This document shows, one piece after another, positions 25,736 to 37,436 of a DNA stretch of 64,000 nucleotides; positions within the stretch are counted from its first letter, which is position 1; every line of letters begins with the position of its first letter. The notes beneath the pieces were generated by a model. It saw only the letters and a list, made by a program, of their open reading frames with translations, did no database searches and was not told the origin of the DNA. The stretch covers positions 4,526,001 to 4,590,000 of the forward strand of contig CM026547.1 in assembly GCA_014905635.1 (NCBI GenBank). The letters run 5' to 3'. Both the position numbers and the translations under genes were made by a program. Source of the stretch: Scenedesmus sp. PABB004. Taxonomy: Eukaryota.

Positions 25736-26055
25736 CCCGGGAGCAGCGGGCCACGGGCGGCTGATGTGCTGAGCTGGCTTCGGTCGAGCAGCAGCGGCGG
25801 CGGCGATCAAGCGTTCGTGCTCGTCCGAGGGGCTGGCGGTGCTTAAATCGTGGCCGGAGCAACTGGAGGTGCTTGGATCGTGGCCCGGCGCGGGCTGGAA
25901 GGGACGGCGGCGCGGGCTGCTGCTGAAGCGCGGCGGGTGACGCCGCTGGAAACGCGAAAGCCGCCCGCGGCCCGCAAACAACTAGCCCGTGCCCACTCCT
26001 CACAGGAATCTCTCTCACTCTAGCGCGCGTTGCAGCGCGCTGCCGCCCCCGCGCG

Positions 26056-28759
26056 TCACGCGAGCGCGGGCGCCGCGCCCTGGTCCGCGCCGCCGCCTGC
26101 CGCGCCGGCCGCGGTGCTGCCGTCCGCGACCAGCTCCACGCTGCCGGCGCCAGAGCGGCCTCTGCAGTCGCCGCAGCCGGTCAAAAAATGCAGGGGGTCG
26201 GGCGCGGCACCGGCCGCGCTGCCGCGCTCACTGCTGGCGCCGCTGCCGCCGGCCGCCGCCGCGGGCGGCCCGCCAGCGCTGCTGCTGCTAAAGCTGCTGC
26301 AGCAGCTCGCAAGGAATGCAAAGGGATCGGCGTCGGCCGGCCCGCCGCCGCCGGCGCCGTCCCCGCTGCCGCTGCCGGCGCCGCCGCCCGCCGCGCCGCG
26401 CCACGTCGTTGCCCCGCGGCCTGGGAGCTCCGCCGCGAGCTCGGCAAAGGGGTCCCAGGCCGCCGGGGCTGCTGCCGGCTGTCCCACGGCCGTGGCCGCG
26501 GGCGGCGGCGGGCCGCCGAGCCCCGCCGGCGCGACCCCCGACGCGCGCGTCCGCGGCGGCGGCGGCGGCTGCGGCAGCGGGCCGGGCGCGATCGACGCCA
26601 GCGCCGCCCTGGTGTGCAGGTGCTGCGCGCTGCGGTGGCTGGCCGCCGCGGCCGACGATGGCGACAGTGGCGGCCGCCAGTGCTGCGCGTGCGCCTGCTG
26701 CAGCGTCGCCTGCTGCTGCAGGAAGCCGCCGCCGCCGGGCCTGCTGCCGCTGGCGCTGCCCTCCCGCAGGTCGATGAGCGGCGACGGCGGGCGCGGCTCG
26801 CCGCCGGCGGCCGGCACGCTGCGCCGCGCCAGCGCGGGCGGCTCGCCGCGGGGCTGCTGCGCCGAGCCGCCACGCGGCTGCCCGGCCCCGGCCCGCCCGG
26901 TGGGGCTGGCGCCCGCGCTGCCGCCGGCGCCGCCGGCGGTCCAGCTGGCGGCGCTGCCCGCGAGGTCGCGCAGGCTGCTGCTGCTGCTGTTGCGGCTGGT
27001 GCGGGCGCTGCCGCCGCCGCCGGCGGCGGCCGCCTCTGCAGCCGCAGCGTCTGCTGCGTCCAGCTCGTCCTCCTCGTCATTGTCAAAGAACGCAGACGGG
27101 TCCAGGCCGCCCCCGAGCCCGTCCGGCAGGCCGTCGGCGGCGCTCGCGGCGCGGCGGTGCCCGTGCGGGGGCGCGCCGCCGCCGATCGACAGCGCGGCTG
27201 CACGGCGCGGCGGCGGCGGCGGCGGCGGGCGGGCGGGCGGGTCAGCGCGGCGCTGCTGCGTGGCTGTGCGCTGCGGCCGTGCTCGCCGCTGCCGCCCGCT
27301 CGCCGCTCACCCAGGTCGGTGCCGCCCGTGAGGCTGCGCCGCATCTGGCCCGCGCCCGAGGCGAACGCCGCCGCGAGCTGCTTGAGCCGCTGCGCCTCGG
27401 GCGAGTCTGCCAGCGCCGCCAGCCCGCGCGACAGCCCGCCGCCGCCGCCGCCCAGCGCCTGCTGCGTGAAGCTGCCGGTGCGGCGGTGTGTCTTCTTCAC
27501 AAGCGCGCCGAGCTTACTCAGCCCGCTGCGCACGCCGCCGCCCAGGCGCGCGGCCAGGCGGCGCGAGCGGTTGTCCAGGTACGCGTTGACCAGCCGCTCA
27601 AAGGCCTCGTCTGTGGGGCGGCCGGCGCCGGCCGGCGGCGAGGCTGGGCGGCACGCGCGCGAGACGCCCCAGCGCCCGCCGCGGCGCGGCCGCGGATCAG
27701 CAGGCCGCCCCGCGCTCGCTCGCGCACCGCTGCACTCTGGCCCGCCCGGCACGCTCGCAGCCATGGCCAGGCGCTCCTGCACCCACACCTCGTACAACTG
27801 GCTCTGCCGCAGCAGGCCCAGGAAGGCGCGCGCGCGCTCGTTGTGCCTGCGGCAGCCGCGGCGCGGCGGCTCGCGCACGGCCGCCGCCTGCGAACGGCCG
27901 CCGGCCGCACAGCCACCGGCCACCGGCTGCATGCGCGCCGCGCCCACCTGTGCGACGCGACGAGGCCCGCGTGGTCAAACCAGTGGCCGTGCCCCGCGAG
28001 CGCGTCGTCGGGCGCGCCGCCGCCCGCGCCCTGCAGCGAGCCCGCGCTGCCGGGGCGCGGCAGGCGCGGCGACGCGGCGGGCGTGGCCGCTGCAGAGCGG
28101 GGCCCCGAGCCGTCTGGCCAGATGTGGGCGCGATAGCCACCCAGCAGCTTCAGGCAGTAGCCCTGCATTATGCCTGTGGCGCGGGCGGCGGCGGCGGCGG
28201 CGCGGCGTCGGCAGGCTCGGCACCCGCGCGCGTCGCGGCCGGGAAGCGCGGCGGCGCCGGGGCCGACGTGTTGGCGCGTGCGCTGTGAGTGCACTGCTGT
28301 GGCGGCTCACTGGTGATGAGCGGGGTGCTCTCGTGCTCCGTCGGGCTGCGCAGCATGCCGTACGCAGCGTGCAGCGCGCCGGCGAGCTGCTCGCGCCACG
28401 GCAGCAGCGCCGCGTCGTCGCGCGCCGACCCCGGCGCCGGCTCGCACCTGGCGGCGGCCGCGGCGGCGGCAGCGGTCCGTTCGCCCGCTCCCACGGCCGC
28501 CGCCGCGCCGCCGCGCCGCGGGCGCCGGGCCCTGCGGCGGCGCGCCCCGCCGCCGCCGCGCGTGGCCGCCGCCGCGCGCGGGCTCACGTGCCGAGGTCGA
28601 GGTCGATGACCGTCGCGGCCTCCATGCCGCGCAGGGCGCGCAGGCCCGGCAGCAGCGCCGCGGGCAGGCCGATGAGGAAGGGCATCGGCGCGGTCAGGTA
28701 GTCACGCAGCCCGACCGGCAGCAGCGGCAGGTGGATGTGGTGCCACCTGCGCCGCGGCC

Positions 28760-28791
<32 letters not shown>

Positions 28792-30101
28792 GCTTGCGTG
28801 GGGGCGGCCCGGTGCCGCCGGCCCGCTCGTTGCCGCCGCCGCCGCCGCGGCCAGGTGCACCTGAAGGGGTAGATCAGCGCCGCCGCCGCGGCGACCGCGC
28901 CTGACACGACGTCGCGGCTCTGGCCCACGATGAGCACGCGGCGCTCGAGCAGCAGGCCGGCAATGAGGGACAGGAGCGCAGGGACGGGCACGTGCCAGAG
29001 CAGCCGCGCGAGCGACACGCCCGCGTTGGCGGGCCCGTTGCCGCAGTCGGGCGGGACCTGCAGCTCCAGCAGCTGGGGCGTGCTGCGCGGCGGCGGGGGT
29101 CCAGGGGGTCGGCGGCGGCTGGGCGCCGTGGCGCGCGCGGCGGCTGGGCTGCGTGGCGCGCGCGGCAGGCCGCCCCGGCGCAGCGGGGCGCGGGCGCTCA
29201 CAGCGCGAGCGGCTCGTCGGCGCCGCCCCCGACGCGCCTGGCGGGGCTGACCGCCAGCGGCGCCGGCAGCGCCGGCAGCGCCACCCTGCGGCGGCCACGC
29301 GCGGGTCGCGGCGGCGGCGCGCGCGGGCGCGTCCTGTGCGCGCGGCCGAGCCCCCCCCCCCCCCTCATCCTTCCTCGCACCGCACGACCGAGCCCAGCGC
29401 CGGCCGCTGCGCGAGCGCGGCGCCCAGGGCGTCGAGGAACGCTGCCGCGTGGCTGCCCGCCGGCAGCACGGGCGCCGCCGCCACGTCCACGAGGAGCTCT
29501 GGCTGCGCGCGCAGCAGGGCCTCCACCACTTCAAGCACCTGCGCCGGTGGTGGTGGCCGCGGGGGTCGCGGGCGCGCCTCGGCCCAGGCCCGGGCCCCGG
29601 CCCGCCGCCGCCGTGCAGAGCGCGGCGGCGGCGGCCAGGCAGCTGAGGAGGCCCGCCGGCCAGCGCCGGCTCGCGCCTTGAAGTAGAGCTGCGCCCACGG
29701 GGCCTCGGCGACGAGGCAGAGCACCTGCGCGTAGCGCGCCCCGCCGGCCGGCGGCGCCGGCGGCAGGAAGCGGCGGCAGAAGCCATGCAGCCGCGAGCCG
29801 TCGCCCTGCGTGAGCGCAAACGTGAACTCCTGCAAGCGGCGGCGGCGGCGGTTGAAAGCTGGCGGCGCGCCGCGCGCTGCTGTCGCGGCGCCGGCGCGCG
29901 CGGACGAGGCCAGGCCGGGGCCACCTCCGGGCTCATGCGCTCCGTGCGGTGCTGCTGGTCGAGCCCGAGTGGGAGGCAGAACGCCAACAGGCTGGCCTCG
30001 CTGAGCTCCGGCGCCGCGGCGCCGCTGTCGTGGCGGAGGCAGGCCACGGCGCGCTTGGGCGGGCCGTGGGCCACGCCCACCAGCAGCGCTTTGAGCAGCA
30101 T
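26056..30101 (-). CDS. DENN-domain protein (Rab GEF, DENND1-like)
   Basis: uDENN FCLPLG..EFTFALTQGDGSRLHGFCRR. cDENN LLLERRVLIV..ALIYPFRWHHIHLPLLP..DYLTAPMPFLIG. dDENN AFLGLLRQSQLYEVWVQERL. Long low-complexity tail. Confidence 0.88.
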
Positions 30102-30918
30102 CGCGCTCCCCGCCACGCGTCGGCTCAGGGGGGCATGCCGGCGGCGGTCGGCGAGCGCGGCGCGCGCCGCGTCGTCTGCTGCGGCAGTGCTGGGAGGTGC
30201 GTGGCGGTCAGTCGCCTGTTCGGGAGTGCAGGCGGCCGGGGGCCAGGGGGCAGCGACGAGCAACGGGCGCGGCGGTGGCGCCGGGGTCTCAACCCTCAAC
30301 CGCGCGCGCCGCTCGTGCGGGAGCGGCCGGCGCTGCGTCGCCTGCTGTTGTGCGGGCCCGGTGTCTGCCAGAAGCGGTCGCTGCGTGCGTGGCTCGGCGC
30401 CGAGCGGCGCCGGGCGGACCGCCCGTCGGGCGGACGGGCGCCCCCCCGCCGACCGCGCCCGCGGCCGTGCGCGGCGCCGGCGCTGGCAGCGGGTGCGCCC
30501 TGGACCCAGCCGCAGGGCGCGCAAGGCGCACGTGGCGCAGGCGGGGCCACGCGCCGTCCCGCGTCCCAGCGGCGGGACGCCGCCGCCCCGTCGAACGGCG
30601 GCTGCGGGTGACACAAGCGCCCCCGGCAGGCGGCGCGCCAGCAACGTCGCTCCTGCGGGGTGCTGGACACGGCCGAGTGCGAGCCAGCCGGCGCGGAATC
30701 GAGGGCCGATTCCAGGCCGACACCGGAACCCTTCGAGGGCCTCGCTCTCGCCAATCGCGCCGGCGCGCCGCGTCGCGCTTCCTCCAGTTCGATCTAGAGG
30801 TGTGCGCGCGCAGCGAGCGCCGTGCTCGCAGGCCAGGCGAGCCGCGGAACGCGCGCTGCAGGCAAGCGCAACCCCAGTCCCCGCTCTGCGCGGGGCTGCG
30901 CGCCCCGCGGGGCCCTCC

Positions 30919-31646
30919 ATGAGCCTGCTCCCCGGCCGTCGCGCCCGCCCGCCGCAGGCGCGCCTCTCCGCGATGGCCCGGCATCAGCGCCGGCGGCACC
31001 GGTGCCGCGCCGCCGGCTGCGCTGCCGACCTGGCCGCCGCAGGTGGCGCCTACAGCGCCAGGAAGCGCCTCTGCCCGGTGCACCTCAAGGTGGGCCGCCG
31101 CGCACCGGCCCGAGCCGCCAGCGCGGTCCCGAGCCGCCAGCGCGCTCCGGCGCCGTGGCTCACCGCCCGGCCCGTGCGCAGGCCGCCGCGATGCGCTGCC
31201 GCGACGCCGCCGGCCTGTGGCGGTTCTGCCAGCAGCACGGCAGGCTGGAGCCGCTGGAGAGCTTCGACGGCCACCGGCGGTGAGCGCTGTCCCGCGGGAC
31301 GGCGTGCGTCGCCCACCCTCGTCCTCGGGGCGGTGGAGTGCCTCCAGCTCCGGCTGGAGCCGCACCCACTCCCCGCCGCCGCCCGCAGGAGCTGCCGCGC
31401 TAGCCTGGAGCGGCGCGCGCTCAGGGCCAAGGGGGCCGAGGGCGGCCCGCCGGCACCGGCCCACGCCGCGGCCGCCGTGGTGCTGGCAAAGGCCTTCTGC
31501 GCGGCGGAGCAGCGCGCAGCGGAGGAGCTGCAGCTCGAGCTGGAGCTCGAGGTGGAGATTGAGATGGAGATTGAGATGGAGCTGCGCGCGGCGGGCCTGG
31601 TCATCGCCCCCGGCGGCGTGGTCGCCGCGCCGCCCGCGGCGGCGCT

Positions 31647-31678
<32 letters not shown>

Positions 31679-32019
31679 TGCCGGCAGCGCGCGCGGAGCC
31701 CGACGGCGCCGCGCGCCTGGCACGGCTGGCGGCGCAGGCACACAAGGCGCATGGCGTGCTGGCAGACCTGTCGCGCGCGCTCCCGGCCGCCGCGGCGACC
31801 GGCCAGCCGCCGGTGCTGCCCGACGCCGCTACACGGCTGGCGCGCCTGGCGGCGCAGGTGCGAGAGATGCGCGGCGCAGTGGCAGACCTGGCACGCTTGT
31901 ACCCGGCCGCCGCGGCGGCGGCCAGCCAGCCGCTGCCGCCGCGCAGCGGCGAGCCTGGCGGGCGCGGCGCCGGCTCCGGCGACTCTGCGAGCAGCAGCCC
32001 TCGGTGGAACTCGGTCTGA
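30919..32019 (+). CDS. SBP-domain transcription factor (divergent zinc ligands)
   Basis: Spliced CRAAGC..YSARKRLCPVH..WRFCQQHGRLEPLESFDGHRRSCRASL. Alternative ATG at 30973. Confidence 0.82.
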
Positions 32020-33095
32020 GCAACGCCCAGCGCACAGTTGGCAGACTGGATGGCGACCGCGCGGCGCGGGAGCCTGGCTTGCGGCTTGCGCGCCGCCGCC
32101 TGCACGCACTTGGACTGCTGCACCTCAGCACGCTGCATGCTGCACCGCCTCATGAGCTGGCTACCGAACGCGGGCTGGCAGGCGGCTTGCACTGACCGCG
32201 GCTCGCCAACAACAACAAGACCCAGGCGGCGGGCTGCGAGCAATGAGCTGATTTGAACACGCGCCCCGGCTGTCAGCTGGGGCTGCAGGCGACCATGGTG
32301 GCGACAGCACACTGCCTGAAGCACTGGACTGCACCCGGCAGCGCCCCTCCCATTGAGGGGCTGTGAGCGCGCTCAAGCGCGGCGGCGCAGGTGCAGGCGC
32401 AGCACCCCTGCACCACACGCTGCCCAAGATCTGATCTGAGGGATGCGATGGCTCGCAACAGCGGTTGGGCCCGCGGCAGCCTGCTGCCGGACTTGAGCGC
32501 GGCCAGCATGTGGCTTGTGTGGAGGCGTGTTCGCGCGCGTGTGCCGGCACGGGGCACGGGGGACTGCAGCAGTGGCGGACATAATTGCGTGGTGTCTCGG
32601 GGCGGCCAGCACTTGCCCTGCCCCCTGGGGTGCTCCGAACGCGTGCCCAAGGCAGGTCTCTCAGTCTTCAGGAGGAGTCAGGGAGGGGGCACGTTGGTTC
32701 ATTGAGGCCCGGTCTCGAGTCGAGCTGTGTGTGGGAAGGGGGCGGGTGCATTGGTGTGCTTGATTGAACAGAACAGCCTGAGCGGTCTGAGCCTAGCAGG
32801 GCAAGGCGCGCAGCTGCATCTTGAGCAGGATTCAACGTTGACCGCGAGTTGAGTTACCCGGGCGCGCCGCGCCCTGCATGCGATCCCCATCAGACTCCCT
32901 CCCCCTCTCGCCTGCCATCCGGGTTTGTGCAAAGCAGCGCAGGGGGGAATAAAAGGTAACAGCGCGCTGCGTGCGACGCCACACCGCCGCGCTCTGCGCC
33001 GCGCTGCGCAGCAATGGGTTCAGCAATGCCCCCCTCCCCCCGGGCAGTTCATGCTGGGCGCTGCGCGCAATCGAGGTTCAGGCGCGATCGAGGGT

Positions 33096-33898
33096 TCAGG
33101 CGGCCGGCGGCTGCTCCCACGCCAGCCGGAGCTTGACCCACATGCCGCGGTGCTCCGCGGCGTGGCTCTTGAGCGCGTACGGCTTGGACAGCGCCAGCTT
33201 GTACTCGCCTGGCGGCCGTGCGCCGCGCGTGCACGTCGGCGGTGGCCGCGGGCGCGGGCGGTGGCCGCGGGCGTGGGTGCGGGCGCAGGGGCGCGCGGTG
33301 GCCACGGGCGCGGCGCGGCCGCACCCGGCGCGAGCGTCGCGAGCGGCAGCGCGGCGTAGCCGAGCACGTCGTCGGCCGTGCCGACGTTGCGGTCCTTGAG
33401 CAGCACCAGCAGCACGGCCAGGCTCGGGAACGTGACGCGCAGGCGGTGCGTCTCGTCGACGACGAGGCGCCCCGTGTCGCTCGCGTGCCCGGTGCGCACA
33501 CAGCATGCGTCGCAGGGCAGGCCCTGCGCCGGCGCCGGCGGGCGGCGGCCGCACGCGCTCGTGCCGCCGGCCCGGCGCGGTGGCGTTTCTATGCGCTGCG
33601 CGCGTCTCCACCCACACCGCGCCGCCGCCGCGCCCACCTTGACTTTGAGCTCCACGTAGGGGTCGTCCTTGACCACGCCCACGCGGCGGCCCTGCGCGGC
33701 GCGGGCGCGCGTTGTTGGGGCCTGCACGGCCTGCCGGCGGGCCGCTGCCGCGGCGCCCGCGCGCCGCGCGCGCGCCTGCGCGATGTGGGCGCTGTAGATC
33801 GTGGCCACGAGGTCGCGCGGCGCGCGCGCCTCGGGCGGCGGCAGCCCGCCGGCCGGGATGGCGCCCGTCATCCACGCGGGCTTGAGCACGTAGCCGCT

Positions 33899-33968
<70 letters not shown>

Positions 33969-35540
33969 AGCGGGCGTCGGTCGGGCGCGGCGGCCGTCGC
34001 ACGGGGCGACCGAAGCGCGCCGGCTGCCGCGCCCGTGCGCTGCGGCTGGCCGCGCCTCCGGCCGCACCAGGCGCCAAAGCGCGAAAAGAACGCCGTGTTG
34101 GTCCACATCGGCTCGTCCCACAGCTGCCAGTTCAGCGCGGCGAGGGACGCGCCGAGCGCCCACGCTGCGCAGGGGTTGGGGTTGGAGTTGTTGACCATGC
34201 GCCAGCCCGACGGGTAACAGCGCACCAGGTGCTTTGCGGTATAGGCGAGCACGCTCGCCAGCGGCGCCGAGCGCAGCGACGCGGGCAGCGCCTCGCCGCC
34301 GGCGGCGGCCGCGGCCGCGCCGCCGCCGCCGCTCGTGAGCGTATCGTCTCGCTCGCCCGCCAGCGCGAGCTCGTCCCGCGCCGCCGCCACGTCGGCAGCG
34401 TCGCCGTCGGCGCCCCCGCCGCCGCCGCCGCTTGCCGCGGCGCCGCGCCCGCTGGCCGACTTGACGACGCCCCGCAGCGCGCCGCTCAGCGACGCCGCGC
34501 GCGCGCCCGCGCCGCCGCCGCCCGGCGCGCTGAAGGCCTCGTACTCGGGGCACTCTGGCAGCTTGTTGTCCGGCAGGCTGTGCGACGCGGGCGCGTCCGG
34601 CCCGGCGGCGACGTCGTAGCCCGCAATCTTGCTGTTGCGGATGTAGACCAGCTCCTCGAGCTCAGCCGCGCCGGCGCCGGGCTTGACCTTCATGCGCAGC
34701 AGCACCTTGTGCTGCAGCGCCGCCGGCGACAGCCACGCGCCGCCAGACCCGGCGCCGCCAGACCCGGACCCGGCGCCGGCGCCGCCCGGCGGCGGCGGCA
34801 CGAAGAGCGCGGCGCCGAGGAGCTTGTGCAGGTGCGCGGCCATGACGGCCTGCTGCTCGCGCCCCGCGTGGTTTTCGACCGTCAGGATGACCGGGAAGGG
34901 GCTGGCCGCAAAGCCGCAGCGCGCGATCGCCTGCACGCACTCCTGCGGGCGCGTGGAGCGGCGCGGCGCGGCGCGGCGGCGGCGCGTCAGACAAACAACG
35001 GAACCCGGCCGCGCTGCCGCGCGCCCCCGCGGCGTCTGCGGCGGCCGGCCGCGCGTCAGACGATGCAGCCCGGCGGCGCCGCCGTGCCGCGGCGGCGGCC
35101 GGCCGCGGCGCGCGCGCGCGCGCCTTGAATGTGACGCTGGACGTGAAGGTCCCGCCGTGCGTGCAGATGGGCTCGCCGTCGGGGCCGTCGTACACGTCGA
35201 GCTCGACCACGCGGCAGCCGAGGCGCAGCCCGGCCTCGATCGTCGCCGTGCCCGCGTCGCTCGTGAGCTGGTTGCCGGTGAGGTAGCTGTTGTGCCCGCT
35301 GGAGATGAAGTAGTGCGACAGCGGCTGCGGGGACGGACAGGGGGACAGGCGGCGGCGTCGCGGCCGCGCGGGGTGTTGCGCCGGCGCGGCGGAGCCTATG
35401 CCACTGAGCGTCGCGCGCGGGCGTCCTCGCCGCACCTGGTCCATGTCCTGCGCCGGCTCGGGCGCGGGCCGAAAGCGCGCGTTGCAGTGGTGGTGGCTGT
35501 CCCAATGGCCCCGCTCGAAGCAGGTCAGGGCGTTGCCCAT
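33096..35540 (-). CDS. PLC: Phosphoinositide-specific phospholipase C (X-Y-C2)
   Basis: [51 protein letters not shown]; Y domain LVRCYPSG..NSNPNP..AALNWQ, GYVLKP; C2 DPYVELK..DVLG. Confidence 0.93.
33899..33968. repeat. Perfect (GCG)~23 microsatellite abutting a 3' splice site
   Basis: Uninterrupted GCG run in a PLC intron, directly upstream of the acceptor at 33897. Confidence 0.9.
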
Positions 35541-36130
35541 GGCAGCAGCAGCGTCGCCGTCGGCGAGCTGCGCCGCCCGCCGTGCGGGCGCTCACGAGAG
35601 CGCTGCTCTGACCTTCACCCAATGGCGCCCACGCGCACCTCGCACGGACCGCCCCCGAGGCGGGGCGGGGCGAGGCGCACTCGCCTGCTGCTGCCAGCGG
35701 CTGCGAGGGGCGCCCTGACCGGCGTGGTTGCTGCCTGGCTTCTGGCCGGTTTGGTTACAGCGCCGGACGGCCGGGCGCAGGCAGCGCGAGCGCTGCGGGG
35801 CAGGCCAGGTCGGCATACACACGGGCGAATGATGCGACCAGAGCTCACTTCAGGAGCTCGGAGCGTGAAGACAAAGCGGTCCCCGCATCCACGCAGGCTC
35901 ACAGCAACTCACGCCCGGCGCGGCGGCGCGCCGACTGGCCTGTCACCGCCGGCACGCGCGCTGCCGCTGCTGCTGCGCGCGCGCCCCCGGCGGCGGCGGC
36001 TGGCGCTGGTCAGCTGGTGCGTCCAGGCCAGGCGAGGCGCATGAGGTTGTGAATGATGACGGGGGGCGCGACAGCGGTGCTCCCTCTCGGCGGCGTTGAT
36101 GCTCAGCAGACGGCCCCCGCGGCGGGCGGC

Positions 36131-37028
36131 TCAGCCGGCGGCGGCGGGCGCGCCCGCGAGGCAGCGGTTGACCATGTCCAGCAGCGCGCCGTTCTCCAGC
36201 GCCGCCGCGACGCGCTCCTTGTCCGCGAGCTGCTTGTTCACCGCCGCCTCGGTCGCATGCGACCCGGGCGTGAGCTGCGCGGCACGCGCCGCGGCGCGGC
36301 GGCGCGCGCTCGGGCGCGGCGGGCCGCCACGCGCAGCCCCCGGCGCGTGGCACGCCGCGCGGCGCTGCGGCCCCCGGGCGCGCCGGGCTGCCGCGCGCGC
36401 CGCACCAGGATGTCCAGCTTGAAGCGCGGCGGCAGCGCGCGGAGCAGCTTGGTGCGGATGCACAGGCCGATCAGCGTCGCCATGCTGCAGTGCTCCACCG
36501 TCGGCGTGAACAGCACCCTGCGGCAGCGCGCGGCGGTGTGGGCGGCGGGCGGGCAGGCGGGCGGGAGGGCGGTCCGCGGCGCCGCGCTGCTGCCGCGGCG
36601 CGCGCCCGCGCCCGCCCGCGCTCGCGCTCGCGCGCGCGCGACGCCGCCGCACCTGACTGCGCCGGCGGCGTCGTCGACGTCGATGCGCTCCTCCTCGACC
36701 ACCTGCAGCTGCTCCAGCGTGTAGGGGTGCTCCGGGTCCACAATGTCGCGGATGTGGTCATACACCTCGCCCGCGTCGATCGGCTCCCGCCCGTCCGGCG
36801 CCGCCGCGGCCGGCGGCGCCTGCGCCGGGGGCGGTCGCAGCGGGCAGTCATGGAGCGGGGCGCGGCGGGCAGACGGCGGCGGCGGGGCCGCGGCGGCGGG
36901 CGCGCGCCGGCCGAGCGCGCAGCAGCAGTGGAGCAGCAGCCGCGCTGGCAGCGGCGCCGCGGCCGCACCCGCGCGCGCCGGGCCTTGCGCTCGTGCACCA
37001 CCGGGTTGGGGTTGATCAGCGCGTCCAT
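36131..37028 (-). CDS. AE7: Cytosolic Fe-S assembly factor CIA2/MIP18/AE7
   Basis: [69 protein letters not shown]. Confidence 0.93.
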
Positions 37029-37436
37029 TGCGTCGCCGCCGGCGGCGGCAGCTGCGCGCGCCGGCCCCCGCAGCGGCGGCGTCGGCACCGAGCGGCGAGC
37101 GGCGGCGCCTGGCGATCGGCGCTGGGGCGGCGGGCGATCCGCGGCGCCGAGCGGGCGGCGGGGGTGACTGCGTTGAGCAACCGGGCGGGCTGGGCGCCGT
37201 CCCGCCGCCGGCAGCGCAGAACAGCGGCTGACGGGCTTCCCGCCAGCCCTCGTCTCGCCGGCGCCCGCCCGCAGCCCCGGCACAGTCGCCCTCCTTGCCC
37301 GTGGTTTCGGCGCCACCACGAGACCTCCCGCACGTGGCGCCAGTGCTCCGCCCCGCCGCACGGCCCGCCCGCTGCTGCTCGCCGCCGCGCCGCCGCGAGC
37401 CGCGGCGCGCGCGCCTCACGGCCGGCTCACGACAGC

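Noticed and set aside
32020..33090. tRNA, rRNA, snRNA or transposon in the intergenic stretches
   Set aside because: No cloverleaf, recognisable RNA family or transposase/RT motif seen by eye. A covariance-model search would be needed to exclude them.
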